Shown here: positions 34,139-46,371 of the stretch, in pieces
Position numbering within the stretch: position 1 is the stretch's first letter
Layout of the letters: each line of letters starts with the position of its first letter
Assembly: GCA_000388065.2 (NCBI GenBank)
Contig: KB932204.1
Length of the DNA: 63,802 bases
Strand: one strand, 5' to 3'
From: Fonticula alba ATCC 38817
Taxonomy: Eukaryota > Protista > Nucleariida
The notes under the pieces: generated by a model
Told to the model about the DNA's origin: nothing
The model's input: only the letters and a program-made list of their open reading frames with translations
Database searches by the model: none
Made by a program: the position numbers and the translations under genes

Positions 34139-37100
34139 AGGGTCCTTCCGGTGGGGCGGCGTGGCGGGNNNNNNNNNNNNNNNNNNNNNNNNNNNNNNNN
34201 NNNNNNNNNNNNNNNNNNNNNNNNNNNNNNNNNNNNNNNNNNNNNNNNNNNNNNNNNNNNNNNNNNNNNNNNNNNNNNNNNNNNNNNNNNNNNNNNNNNN
34301 NNNNNNNNNNNNNNNNNNNNNNNNNNNNNNNNNNNNNNNNNNNNNNNNNNNNNNNNNNNNNNNNNNNNNNNNNNNNNNNNNNNNNNNNNNNNNNNNNNNN
34401 NNNNNNNNNNNNNNNNNNNNNNNNNNNNNNNNNNNNNNNNNNNNNNNNNNNNNNNNNNNNNNNNNNNNNNNNNNNNNNNNNNNNNNNNNNNNNNNNNNNN
34501 NNNNNNNNNNNNNNNNNNNNNNNNNNNNNNNNNGGGGGGGGGGGGGGGGGGGGGGGCGAGCTTTCACGCGACTCCGTACATAGCCACGGTGTGGCTTTCC
34601 GCCTTGAGCCCCCATTTCCCCCCACAGGCCAAGGGCGGGCTGCTGGGTGGCCTCGAGGCGTCAAGTGTCTCAGGTGTCACGGCCCCGGGGGACTTAGCCA
34701 CCACAGATTTCTTGCTTGGGGAGGGGGGGGGGGCAGGGAGCGAAGGCTCGCTGGCTCGTTGGTATGGCAGAACAATAGCCGGGATGGATAGAGCGAGGTG
34801 GGGGGTGGTGTGATTAGCCACCACCGAAGCCACGGCCGGAGCCGGCATGACAAGGAACTATGAGCCGCGGGAGGGCGGGGGAGGGCGGGGCCACATGTGC
34901 AACTGGGCGCCCTGGCCGGAGTTGCCCGGCCGTCGCCGTCGCCGTCGCCACAGCCGCACCCGAGGACATTGCCTGAGGTGAGCATGTGTACCTGGATCTA
35001 CCTCTGCCGGTGGACAGGCCTGCAGGGGGGCAGATCGGCCAGCGCATGGGAAGGAGGCGACCCAGTGAAGGGTCGGGAAGGGTTAGCCTCCCGCTGAGCC
35101 CGGGGGGGGGGAGGGGGGAGGGGGGGCGACAGGGGCGGGGCGGGCGAGACAGGCCGCACCAGCAGGGGTGGATGCCAGGTGGTCGGGTCATGGCGCCATG
35201 TGCCTGTGGAAAACTCACAACCCACAGGGGGTAGTCGAATGGTGAAGGCAGTCGAAAAACTAAGGGCCTCCTAGACACGGCCGGTGCACATGTGCGCGTG
35301 TGCACTGGTGGGTCTGTCCGTGTGCAGTGCCGAATCGATTGGTTCGGGTGCGAAAACACACGTGTCAGAGTCATCGTTGGTTGTGAGCCGGGCCTTCAAC
35401 TCTATAGGTGTCCAGAGCGTGTCCACCCCCCCCCCCCCCCCCCCCGAAAGTCCTGCCGGGGCGATGGAGAGGCTGGCAGGGCAGGGAGTGATTGAGGGGT
35501 TAGGACTGTCACAGCGCGGCAGGAGAAGGGCCCCGGCACAGCTCCCGGAGAGTGTACATGTGCGGGTGTCTTCCTCCGAGTCGCCTAGGCCGCCCGTTGG
35601 GCCAGCGAGCGACGAGTCCGACCTGGACCGTGATTGCGGGTGGAGGGGCATGATGGCGTGCTGCCGCAAGCGAGGAAAGCCGGGAGAGGGGGGCGGGAGC
35701 GAAAAAAAGGCCTGGACGCGGGGGCCAGCGGCCGTCCTGGAAATGTCGACACACGATCGAGCAGCCATCGTGAGTCGGGGTCACGCGGGCTTATTTTGAT
35801 CATGGGACGCCCGTCGTGACTCGGCCGCTGGGACCATCGCCTGACGGCCGGACTTGATCGCGAAGATTGTACCGCGCGCGCGCGCACGTACGGGCCGGAA
35901 CCCTCGGTGCGCGGGACGCTGTCACAGACGGCCGCCGCAAAGGGGCGACCGTGGGGTCCAAGTCCAGCAGGGGGGTCCTGGCAGGGCGCGGGGTTTCTGC
36001 AACATGGGGCAGATCCGCGCGCGCGCGCCCCGGAGATCCAGGACCTGCAGCTGGACAGGAAGCGCCGACTCTGATCCTCTTCCGCATGCACACACGCACA
36101 CACGCACACACGCACACATGCACGCACACACACCAGGAATAGATGCGCAGGGTGTCGCTGGACAGGCAGGGCGCGCGGCCTGGCGCCCTGGAAACCGTGA
36201 GACGGTCCGGGCCGCGGCGCCTGCCGGATGGACTACGGCCTCGGGTCGGCGCCCAGCGCCGATGGCCGGCCCGCGGGTCGGGGACAGGAAATCCCGACTG
36301 GGCGGGAAATTGGCGCGCGAGTTTTCGATCGCCCGCCTGTGTCCGGCGGGGCCCCCCAGCGGAGCCGGGCACCAGTTCCGGGGGTGTTGCCGCCCGAGGG
36401 GCCCCCGCCTGGAGGCGGAGATTTAGGTGTGGCCTATCTACTTGTGGAGACTCGGTTCTAAATTGACCGGGTTACTGCAGCCTACTAGTGCTGGGTACAT
36501 CCTGAACCGCGGGCCAGCAGAAGGTCCACCAGACCGAGGGCAACCCTACGGAAATGGGGCCGGACAGAGGGGCGGGGAGGGGGGGGGGGGGGGCAGGCAC
36601 CCGCCCGAGAGAGATAGTGGGGGAGATTGGCCGGCCGCGCGGACTTGGGGCCCGGAAATTCGGGCCTCCGGGCGGGCGGTGTGGGTGCCGGCCGAGGGGG
36701 GGGGGGACGCTGGCTCGAGGCCTTTTCGGCGGGGGAGGAATGCGCGCCAGCTGGGTGCCCAGTGCTTAACCACGGCCGGGCGCGGTCAATCGGCGGGGGA
36801 GCGGTCCATTTGCACCGACACTCGGGGAAATGCGCGCGCAGGCCAGGACGACGGCCAGGCATCGCAGGACGCGCCAACCATGCACCGGGCCCGGGCCAGC
36901 ATCAGAACATCGGCCACACCCACACACGCGTGCTCGGGCTGTGGAGTGTACAGCCATTTTCTGCAATATCCAGCCTCCTTTTAAAGGCCGGCATTAAAGG
37001 GATAGTCCCGGGTCTGGGAGGCGTGGTTCGTCCGCTTGCTGCCCCAAAGGGCGGGAAAACTGGCGGAAAGTGCGCGCGCAATTCGGCCCCCCCCCCCCCC

Positions 37101-38030
37101 CCCCCCCCGCTGCCGCTGCCGCTGCCGCTGCCGCCCTGCCGGGGGTGTCCACTGGGGTCCGGGGCCACTGGTTATGGCCTGGCAAGGTCTGCGCCCCTTT
37201 GTCCCCGTCTCGTGGGGTGTGCTGAGCCGGCATGCCCGGGCCAAATGTCCGGTAGGGAGCGACGACGCACAACATGGGCCCCGCCCGGCACACTGTCCCA
37301 GTGTTGCCTGGGCGTTCATCGTTCAACCTGCTTGTTCCCCCCCCCCCCGCGGGTGGACATACGCCTCGACCCGGGATGTCTGCTCCGGAGGGGGGAGGGG
37401 GGGGGGGGGGGCGGCCAGGTGCCGACCAGGCGCCGCTCCACCCCGGCCTGGGTGCGAAGCCCCCGCAAAGTGTGCCTTGCACTTCTTTTTTATCTTCCCC
37501 TGCCAGCCCCCTCGTCTGGGTGTCCCAGAGGTGTGTCGACGACGGAGGTGCGCCGGCCGGACACGCCCGGCCGAATGCATGATGTAAGGTTGTGCACCCC
37601 TCCAGCTCTCTCTCTCTCTCTCTCGCCCTCCGCCCCGGTCATTCTTGTCACCGCGTGAACCATTCTCCGATAGAACACCCCCCAGCTCTCCATCTCTGGT
37701 TCTCTAAGAAAAGAATCCTCCAAAAGCTGGGGCTGCAATCAACAGTCCTTCCATGCTGGATCACCTCCGCCTCGCCTCTCTCCTCCTTCCGCCACGCTCT
37801 CTCCCTCTTTCTTCCCCTCCCCCCCCCTCTCTCTCCCCCCTTCTTTCCTCCTCTCCTTGGCTGAAGACCTATTCCGGAACGGGACGCCGAGACCACATCT
37901 CCTCGCCCCGCCCGCTGCTCCCTGTAAGACAGTGTCTCCCCTCCACGGTGCGCATCCCTTGCCCTCTCCCTCCCTGCTTCGATCTCCTCTTAACATTCCG
38001 CCTGCTACCCCGGCTCTCCTTCCCTGCCAC

Positions 38031-40075
38031 ATGTCTCCAACAGCTCCCTCTTCAATCATGACAGCCGTCCCCGATCCTTCTGTTTCGGTGACCAACTCGA
38101 CCCCCGGGTCGCCCTCGCTGGATAATTCCACTGACTACCCGGTGCAGAACCGCGTGTCCTGGACGCCGGAGAAGGACCGCCGCATCGTGGAGATGATCAT
38201 CCAGCGTGTTAAGGAGCAGCGCCGTACTCAGGCCACTCTGCCCATCTACAAGGAGGTCGCCGAGGCGGTGGACTTCCCTTGCACTCCGTCGGCCATTCGC
38301 AACCGCATCTCCGATGTGCGTGACCTCCGCCAATGTCACCGCCATCGCTGCATCGCAACGTGGCTCCCTCCTCTGGATGGGCTGTGATCGCGCCTGTCGA
38401 TATGCCCTTGGCGTTTTGCCTCTTCCCCTCATCGCGGCTTGTACTAACTCCCGTCCGCCAACCTGGTCCCCTCCCCCCCCTCTCCCCTCCCGGTTTAGCT
38501 CAAGTACATCTACATGGAGGCCATCTACCTGGTGCGGGATCAGAAGTTCCGCTTCGATCCGCATACCCTGCGCTTCGGTGAAAGCGAGTCCCGCTGGTCC
38601 GAGGAGCTTAAGGTATGTTGGCCATATTCCCCCTCGCCCATCCACCATGCTTCTGTTGGGCTGTGTGCCTGCTCCAACCGGGCGGGGGAGCATGCCTCCG
38701 TGTCCTTCACCCACATGGTCCTTCTCTGATACTCGGTCCTGACATTCTTTGTTGCCCCTCTCCACCTTCCGCACGCACTCCAATGCCAACACACCACCTG
38801 CCCGCCGGCACTACCCACGCCAGCAGAAGGATGGCCCCAACAACCCGTCACTCTTCCGCCGGAAGCGCATCTCCAAGGACCGCGACCAGTCCCGGAACTA
38901 TGGCCCGAAGCGCATCATGAGCCTCAAGTACTTGAAGAACCATCCCTTCGAGGCGGCCATCGCCCTCGGCCAGTACCTGCGCTTGAATGGCGATCACGAC
39001 CTCAAGCCCCTGGTGGCGGATGACATTGCCCAGAACATTGAGTTCCCCACGAACGCCAGCTTCGCCAAGGGCGCGCGGGTGGGCACCCTCGGGGTCCCGG
39101 CCGGCGCGGAGGATGTCCTGGCCCTGGCCGGGCAGCCGCATCCGGACTTCCTCCGCGATCACCCGGGGGCCGGTGCTCCTGGGGTGGCCATGCCGCCGCA
39201 TGGGATGGGTGGGCACCCTCGGGGTCCCGGCCGGCGCGGAGGATGTCCTGGCCCTGGCCGGGCAGCCGCATCCGGACTTCCTCCGCGATCACCCGGGGGC
39301 CGGTGCTCCTGGGGTGGCCATGCCGCCGCATGGGATGCCCTCAATGCCGCCTGGGGCGCCGGTGGTGGGCCAGGGCGATGCCGGGGTCGGGTCGGCTGCC
39401 GCCGCCGCCGCCGCTGCCCAATCCCAATCCTACATGTATTCGCCCTTCCACCCGATGTACCTGCCGGGGATCGGCCAGCATCCGATGCATCCGAGCACGC
39501 CGCTGCATGGGTCCGGCAATCCCGGGCTTGTGGGGAACTCCCCGGCCGGAGCTTTTGCTGCTTCCCTGGGCCATGGGGCTGCCTCGACACCGGGCTTCCC
39601 GCATCCGATGAGCATGTTCCCCTCGCCATCCGGGGTGGGCATCCCTCAGCATGTGCCGGCGACCACGTCTCCTGCGGCCGCTGCCGCGGCTGCCGCGGCC
39701 GCGGCCGCTGTCGTCGCCGTCCCGGAGGTCCCGAGCCTGGCCACCCTCCTGATGAAGCTGCGGGAGATCCTGCTTGTCAAGCGGGTGACCCTGCCGGAGG
39801 AGATGCTTCAGAAGGGCATCAACAATCCCTCGAAGCTCCTGGGCATCACGGCCAGCCTGATCAATGAGGACCCCAACCACAAGGTTATCATTTCCTCGCT
39901 GGCCGACGACACCGAGGCCCTCCTGTCCTACCTGTCTACGGTGGTCCCGGCACAGGCGGTTACTGGGACCCCGTCGACCCCGAAGAACCCTGGTGTCCCG
40001 GCCGGGGACCTTTCCTCTGTTGAGTCCCCCCCGGCCACGCCCCTCTCGGCCAAGACGACCACCGCCTCGTCGTAG
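38031..40075 (+). CDS. Myb/SANT-like DNA-binding domain protein (Myb_DNA-bind_3/trihelix-like) with Pro/Ala/His-rich C-terminal region; frame interrupted by a 130-bp tandem duplication
   Basis: Exons 38031..38315, 38499..38612, 38824..40075, with 39207-39336 duplicated; alternative start 38058. Joined domain: SWTPEKDRRIVEMII..YKEVAEAV..SAIRNRISD|LKYIYMEAIYLVRDQKFRFDPHTLRFGESESRWSEELK. Branch point TACTAAC at 38442. Confidence 0.65.
39077..39336 (+). repeat. Exact head-to-tail duplication of a 130-bp unit inside the Myb-like CDS
   Basis: 39077-39206 is identical to 39207-39336. Confidence 0.9.
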
Positions 40076-40707
40076 AAGTGGCGGCACTCACAGGATTGGG
40101 GCCTCCTGATGCCGGTTGGCTGTGTTGCCTCCTCTTCCTGCGCCCCTTTCCCATAGGCGCGTGCATGAATGGGGGGAGGTACATCGCAAGGTGTGACCTC
40201 CCTTCCTTGTTCGCTGTCTTGACGTGGTGGATGTGCACGCTGGATGTGCGCACCCTCCCCCTCCCCTGCGCCCCCTTCAGCATGGGGGCCCGGAGTCTGG
40301 GGCAGCTTGGAGGGGCCAGACTGCGAGAGATAGATCCAGAGCCAGGGGAACCAGGGGGTAGGAGGTTTCCTTCTCTCTTTCTTTCTTTCTTTCTCTTTCT
40401 CTCTCTCTCTCTCTCTCCTTCCCTCTGTGAAGTCCCTTGCCATCTGTCCTTGCTTCCTCTACCCGACATGTGACGGGAGGAGCGAGTCATGTCGGTTGTA
40501 TTGCGCGCTTCTCGCCTTGTTGAGATGCTCGTCGTGCTGGTCTCCATGTCTTTCTCTCTCTCTCTCTCTCTCTCTTGCCCGCTGCCTCTCTGCTCGGCCC
40601 CTGCTCCCTGATATCCTCTCTGCCCTTGTTTCTATAATTCCTCAAAATACATATAAAGTTCATGTTGGATGGGCGTCTGCCGGGTTATTTCGCACCCCCG
40701 TAGGTCG

Positions 40708-40708
<1 letters not shown>

Positions 40709-40770
<62 letters not shown>

Positions 40771-40792
40771 CGTGCGTGCGTGTGTGTGTGTG
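40709..40792 (+). repeat. (TG)n/(CGTG)n microsatellite between the convergent Myb-like and coiled-coil genes
   Basis: Read directly from the sequence. Confidence 0.9.
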
Positions 40793-40977
40793 CGTGCGCT
40801 CGCGCAAGGAGGTATCGAGAAAGAGGCGGGCAAGATGCATCCCGCTGCCCATCAGGCCCGAGGAGGCATCCACACGACAAGATATCACCACCTCAGCACA
40901 GGCTTGAATGCGCTTCTGATACATACTCACAGGCGGGGGGAAGGAGGTACATGTATTTGCCTGGGGGCATGCACGAA

Positions 40978-42807
40978 CTACACTTGCCGGTCATCTGGTG
41001 GTGCATCCATGGTACCCCATGGCGCTGGAGGGTGAGCAGAGCCCGGCGGCGGTGACGTTGCACGGTCCCGGTGTTGTGGCCTGGCGGCAGTGGCAGGACC
41101 GGCAACAGAGGCGTAATGCACCGGCAGGGGGGGTGTATGATGGTGATAGTAGCCACTGTGGAGCTGCTGCGCATGTTGGTAGTGGCCATAACCCGGATGG
41201 CGGAGGAGGGGGTGGTGATGGGGATGGTGATGCGGTGCTCCGGACAAGTAGCGTCCCATGGTTGTTGGCAAGTGGCTTGATGGGTCTCCCAGGGCGGATG
41301 GAGCGCCGGCTGTTGCCACCGGTGCCGCCGCGGAGGGCGGTACGCTCGAAGCCACTGTTGAGACTGGGGCCGGGACCGGGCCTGGGGCTGGGACCGGGTC
41401 CGAGACCGGGGCCGGGGCCGGGGCCGGGGCCGGGTCCGAGACCGGGACCGGGGCTGAGGAAGGTAGCGGGACCGATACCGAGGGGCGCTGCAGAGCCGAG
41501 GCCCCATCGTCCAGAGGAATGGACGAATCCGGCACCAATGGCGGGTAAAGTAATCCCGAGGCAGGCCACTCGGCCACAGCTGCTGCCCCGAACTCCGCCT
41601 TCAGGCGATCCGTCTGGAAGGTGTAATTCTGCAGCATGGCCAGGTGCCCGAGAAGGATTTGCTGCTGGGACTGCTGCGTCCGAAGCTGGGTCTGGAGCTG
41701 GCTGATTTGGTACTCGTGCAACTCGCACTTGGACATGTATCGAAAGGAACATGCCGCACCGGGGGAGGGGGGCGCACCGGCGGGCGGGGCGTCCGGGACG
41801 CTGGAGGGTGCCAGTCGACTGGCCGGAGAGGGAGGCCTTCCAAACTGCCCTTGTGTCGGGGGCCAGGCCGCCTGCGATGGCACCGGCTGCCAAGAGGATG
41901 CCGGAGCACCCGATTCAATACCCAAGGCGGCCAGGCGACTGCGCAGGAGTTGGGCATCGAAAGCTTGAGCAGCCTGCTTGCGCAGGTGATGGGAGTAGCG
42001 TGGTGCATGGCCGTCGGCAGACGAGACGCCCGGACCCGTCGCAGACCAGGGGCGAGATGCTTGTTGTTGCTGTTGCTGCTGTTGTTGTTGTTGTTGTTGT
42101 TGCTGCTGCTGCTGCTGTGGTTGGGGGGCATTGGCGGTGGCGGTAGCAGTGGTAGATGTAACGGTAGCCTCGCCAGAGGCGGTTGCAGTGGTGGCGGTTG
42201 CAGTGGTGGCGGTAGCGGTGGTCGCGGTGGTCGAGGGGGTGGCCTCGGGTTGGTCGGACGAGGAGGAGGATGCAGACGCGGTGGCGGTTGTAGCGGTAGA
42301 GGGAGCGGTGGCTGGGGGTTGGTCCGAGCCCGGAGCAGAGTCGGTGGTAGTGGCGGTGGCAGCGGCGGCGGCGGCGGCGGTGGTGGTTGTCGTAGTGGTG
42401 GTGGTAGTTGCAGGAGGAGAGGAGGTCGATGCGCTGGCGGACGCTGTGGTTGAGGCGGATGCAGATGTTGTGGCACTTTTCGATGCCGAGGTCACAGCTG
42501 GCGCCGGGGAGAAGCTCACCGGGGCGAAGGAGAAGTGATCGGGCGGCTGGATGTCTGCACTTTCAGCCACCGGGAGTGTTGAGCATGAGCATGGAGCAAA
42601 GAGTTGCTGTCGGACAGCAGCACTTGTGGACACCCGCCGAAGTTTTTGGGCTAGTTGGTCAACCTTGGTGAAGGTATGTCGGCGGTTGGTAGGTAGGAGG
42701 AGGCGCGGCCGAGGGCAATACACCGAGGTGCATGGAAAAGGGATATGCGTAAGTGTGCGCACGTGCGCTTGAGGCGGAGTGGGAGAGGGATGGGTGTATG
42801 TGTATGC

Positions 42808-42843
<36 letters not shown>

Positions 42844-43391
42844 AGGGGGGGGGGGCGAGATAGCGAAAGGGGTCGTACCTTATGCTGAAGATCAGTGGAG
42901 CGTAGCCTTTCTTCCGAGAGGCTCTGCACGCCGGCATTCCCGTCCGCGGCGCCATGACAGCAAGAGAAAGGAAGAGGGCATGTATGTTAGATAGCCGCAG
43001 GCGATGGGATTCCTCCCTCCCCCCCTCCCCGGCGGCAGCGACCCGGTCGCAGAACGCACACGAAGTAGATGGTCATTTTGGAGCTTGACTGGTGTCAGGA
43101 GGGGAGAGTAAGGAGTCGGAGAGGACACGCGCGAGGGGTGACTGTGACAAGGGCTGCGTGCGCACCTGTCCGATAAAGGGAGCCAGCCATCACGAGTTCA
43201 TTTTCGAGGGAAGCTATCCGGCTCTCGAAGACGGCCTATATGTGGAGATGGATGACGTCGGGGTGGACATGGTCAGAGATGCATGTGGGTGGGGGTACAT
43301 GGAAGAGGAGCCAGAGGAGGAGTGGGCATGTGCCACTGCCAGGGAAGGAGAGGCGCGGCGGGTGGGAACGAACATAATCGGAGGCAGCCAT
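40978..43391 (-). CDS. Uncharacterised coiled-coil protein with Thr/Ala/Gln/Pro low-complexity tracts
   Basis: complement(join(40978..42663,42879..42923,43060..43088,43166..43235,43374..43391)). Four micro-exons join in phase to give MAASDYAVFESRIASLENELVMAGSLYRTVKLQNDHLLRSLSEERLRSTDLQHKVDQLAQKLRR. A second heptad block reads ELHEYQISQLQTQLRTQQSQQQILLGHLAML. The 3' end is less certain. Confidence 0.6.
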
Positions 43392-44753
43392 CGCCGGTGG
43401 GGAGAGCAGGGACCGGGATAAGGGGAAGGGGGGCGGGGGAAATGGACAACGTCGTCGTCGTCGTCGTCGTCGTCGGCAGCGGCGGCGGCGGCGGCGGCGG
43501 TAATGGGGAGAGTGGGTGCGAGAGCGATGAGAGTGACGGGGGGTGGAGGGGGGGGGGGGGGGTGCTCTCTAGGAGATTCCCAACCCGGTGGCAGCGCAGT
43601 AGGGGATGAATATTGCCGTCGGAGTGGCTGGGCCTTTGTCGACCCTTCCCTGGCCTCTCAGCGAGGCGGACGTTCACCCGGACCAGGGGTGGTGCATGCG
43701 TGTCGGTGGAAGCTCGCCAGGGGCAACACTAGCCCCACAGTCCTGGTACGCCCGGGGTGTGTGCGTGTGGGGGGGGGGGAGGGGGGTGGGACTCACGCTT
43801 GCGTATGTGCCCGCGCCCGCGTCTGTCTCTGTTGGGGCGCACCTCGGGGCTTCTCGGCGCGCCAGCCAGGCTCGCGATTGGCAGCGGCCAGCAGGCCTGT
43901 TGGCGGCCTGCCCGCCGGGCCCCATCGTTGGCAAGAGAGTTGGTGGTCGATTGTTTTCGCTGTCCTCCCCCCCCTCTGGGGTCGAGTCCCGGCATGTGCC
44001 CGGTGGCGAGATCGCAGACTGCCCGCCAGGCGGTTCTCCCCTCCGGGGGAGCAATTCTGCGAAAGGGGAGTGCGCGGGTCTCGCCCATGGTCGAAGAGCG
44101 GATCTGGCGTTTACTACCACGGGGCAGAGGATCTCCCGGGCCAGATTTTTCGTCCTGCCCTGGCCACCCCCCTCGAATCCGTAATTGGAGAATAGCACCG
44201 GACACTCTGCGCCTGGCCTCGAGAGATCGTCGTCTGGTGCCCCCCCCCCCCCCCGCCCGTTCGCAGGAGCTTGGCAGCAAAAGGGAACGGCAGGGGCTGG
44301 ATCGGATAGTGCCGGCAACCCATCCGGACAGCTCCAGGTGCGTGCACTCGAACAAAAGCAAGCGCCGTGCTCCCCGTCAGGGCATTGCCCCTGCGTTGAC
44401 ACATCGCACACACGCGCCCCCGCACGCGCGCGCGCAACGTGCGCCATTAACCGAATGCGCGCTCCCGATCGAGAGCTATTAACTCGATGGTCGTGTGATA
44501 CACTCGCGTCAGTTGACGGCCGGACGGCCCCGGCGACTGGCCCCAGGCCCACTGATGGGCCGGCGGCCCCTGGGGACTTGCGAACATCCATGCCCATCCA
44601 GAGCAACTTTTCCTCGCTTCCCTCCTGTTTTCCCCTCCTGCCACTTCCTGGCGATCGCCCTCTCGCCCTCCCTCCCTCCATCCCCCCCCCCCNNNNNNNN
44701 NNNNNNNNNNNNNNNNNNNNNNNNNNNNNNNNNNNNNNNNNNNNNNNNNNNNC

Positions 44754-45320
44754 ACCTCATCCCTCTTCCTGGCGTGCCTGCTGGTGCTATCGGTCGTGGC
44801 CTCGGTCCTTGGGCATGACCATGCCGCCGGCGATGCTCTGCACGCGGATATCGTTCACCATGCCTCGATCCTCGGGGCTGATGAGACGGAGCTTCTCTCC
44901 GAGAACCCGGGAGTCGTGTTCTTCATGGTTCACGACTTTGATTCGGACGGGTACGCACTTGCGTGTTACGGGCGAGACCTCGCATGTTCCCTCTTTTCTT
45001 CCTGCTTCTCTTTCTTTGTCTCTCGCTCCTTGTGCCCCCCCCCCCCCACCAACAACTTTCCCACTCACACCTCCTCTCGCCAATGCGTACGCGGTATTTG
45101 GCACGCTATTAGCTTCCTCGACAGCCATGAGTTCCGTGCGGCCATCGCCGACCTGATCGACATTCGTTCAATGAGTCTCTCGCAACTGAATCAGTTGGTC
45201 GAGTCGCATCTCAACAAGGCTGACCGCGACTACGATGGGCGCCTGTCCTTCGAAGAGTACATCACCTCCGAGTTCCATGAGGTGTTTGTCCTGGCTCCGA
45301 AGTCCGGCAAGAGCAACTGA
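44754..45320 (+). CDS. MCFD2: Secreted/ER two-EF-hand protein, MCFD2-like (5' end hidden in gap 44693-44752)
   Basis: join(<44754..44950,45113..45320). Signal-peptide-like SSLFLACLLVLSVVASVLG. EF1 FFMVHDFDSDG|FLDSHE and EF2 DRDYDGRLSFEEY resemble MCFD2 (FKMHDYDGNNLLDGLE...DKNNDGYIDYAEF). Confidence 0.62.
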   Translation, partial: TSSLFLACLLVLSVVASVLGHDHAAGDALHADIVHHASILGADETELLSENPGVVFFMVHDFDSDGYALACYGRDLACSLFSSCFSFFVSRSLCPPPPTNNFPTHTSSRQCVRGIWHAISFLDSHEFRAAIADLIDIRSMSLSQLNQLVESHLNKADRDYDGRLSFEEYITSEFHEVFVLAPKSGKSN

Positions 45321-45470
45321 TGCCCCCCCCCCCCACTTCCCCCTCCCCCGCTCGCGACCACATGTCGGGCCACTGTTCCCTTCTTTGGGTGGCTCGGCCT
45401 GGGACTGTGCCCGGTCTCCCCCTCCTGCTGCCCGGTGGTCGTGAGTGGGGGACAAATACATCGTATTGTC

Positions 45471-45505
<35 letters not shown>

Positions 45506-45685
45506 GTTTGGCCCGGCTCCCCTCCCCCCCTCACATGTACTGGCTGCTTTTGCTTATTCTTCGGGCTGCCATGTGTATTGGCCCGGCTGTCCTCCTGACG
45601 GGGATGAATGAGCGGGCGTGGCTGTACCTCATGTGCACCAGAGGCGCATACGTCTATCTCGCACGCCGATGCGCGACCGGCCAAA

Positions 45686-46336
45686 TCACTTCAAGCCAGC
45701 TGCATGGGTGCGCACGGTGGACAAAAGGGTGGCGAAGGACCCGCGGCCAGCAGCGGTGCCAGCCGGCGGGAGGTTGAGCAGGGCAATGTCGCGCGCGGCC
45801 TTGGCATCCTCGGCCGAGTCGTGTCCATCCGCACCGGACTGCTGGATCTGACGATTGAGCAGGGAGCTGGTGATGACGCGCAGGCCCTGCTTGTAGTGGC
45901 GCTGATTGAAGGGGATGTTCGGATGGAGGGAGAACTGCCTAGAGGGGGTCCCCCCCCGGCGAACGGGGTTCTGCGTCATGATGGACGTGTCAACCACCAG
46001 GTCATAGCCAATCCGAAGGCTGGTCAAGTCACTGTCCAGCGAGTGTCCAATGAGGACCGTATAGCCGGGGGTGATCAACCGGGCCAGATCCGCCTGGACC
46101 ACGGCCAGTGAACTGCGAATCGGCAACCCCAGACGAGGAGAGAAGAATCCCTCCGAAAAGTCGGTTTCCATGACGCCAGACAGGGATGTCTGATAGTCAT
46201 AAACACGGCCCTGTGTCCCGTTCGCCATCCCCGGAAGGTGTAAGTCAACAGTGGCAGGGGTGGCAGGAGTGGTAGGTGGCATCGGGTGGATTTGTTGGCG
46301 TAAGGGTCAATATAATATGCATATGGAAACATGAAC

Positions 46337-46371
<35 letters not shown>

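Noticed and set aside
35271-35651. Possible small minus-strand gene (MPLHPQSRS..VDTLWTPIELKARLTT) with donor GTACAC and branch CCTAAC
   Set aside because: Both available acceptors lead to an immediate or early stop, and the unspliced ORF crosses a long homopolymer. It is not supportable.
21519-39336. Tandem repeats (11-mer x4, 130-bp x2) as possible CRISPR arrays or LTRs
   Set aside because: There are no spacers, no cas genes, no TG..CA ends and no internal retroelement ORFs, and the context is eukaryotic and intragenic.
41360-41460. GGGACC/GGGGCC hexamer repeats
   Set aside because: They encode a Pro-Ala/Pro-Val tract within the coiled-coil gene's last exon, which is ordinary low-complexity coding sequence.
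15687-45112. Several introns that are multiples of 3 and stop-free (AKR1 introns 1 and 4, Ku70 introns 3 and 4, MCFD2-like intron)
   Set aside because: A third of introns are expected to be 3n, and stops are rare in GC-rich DNA. No excess can be shown without genome-wide counts.
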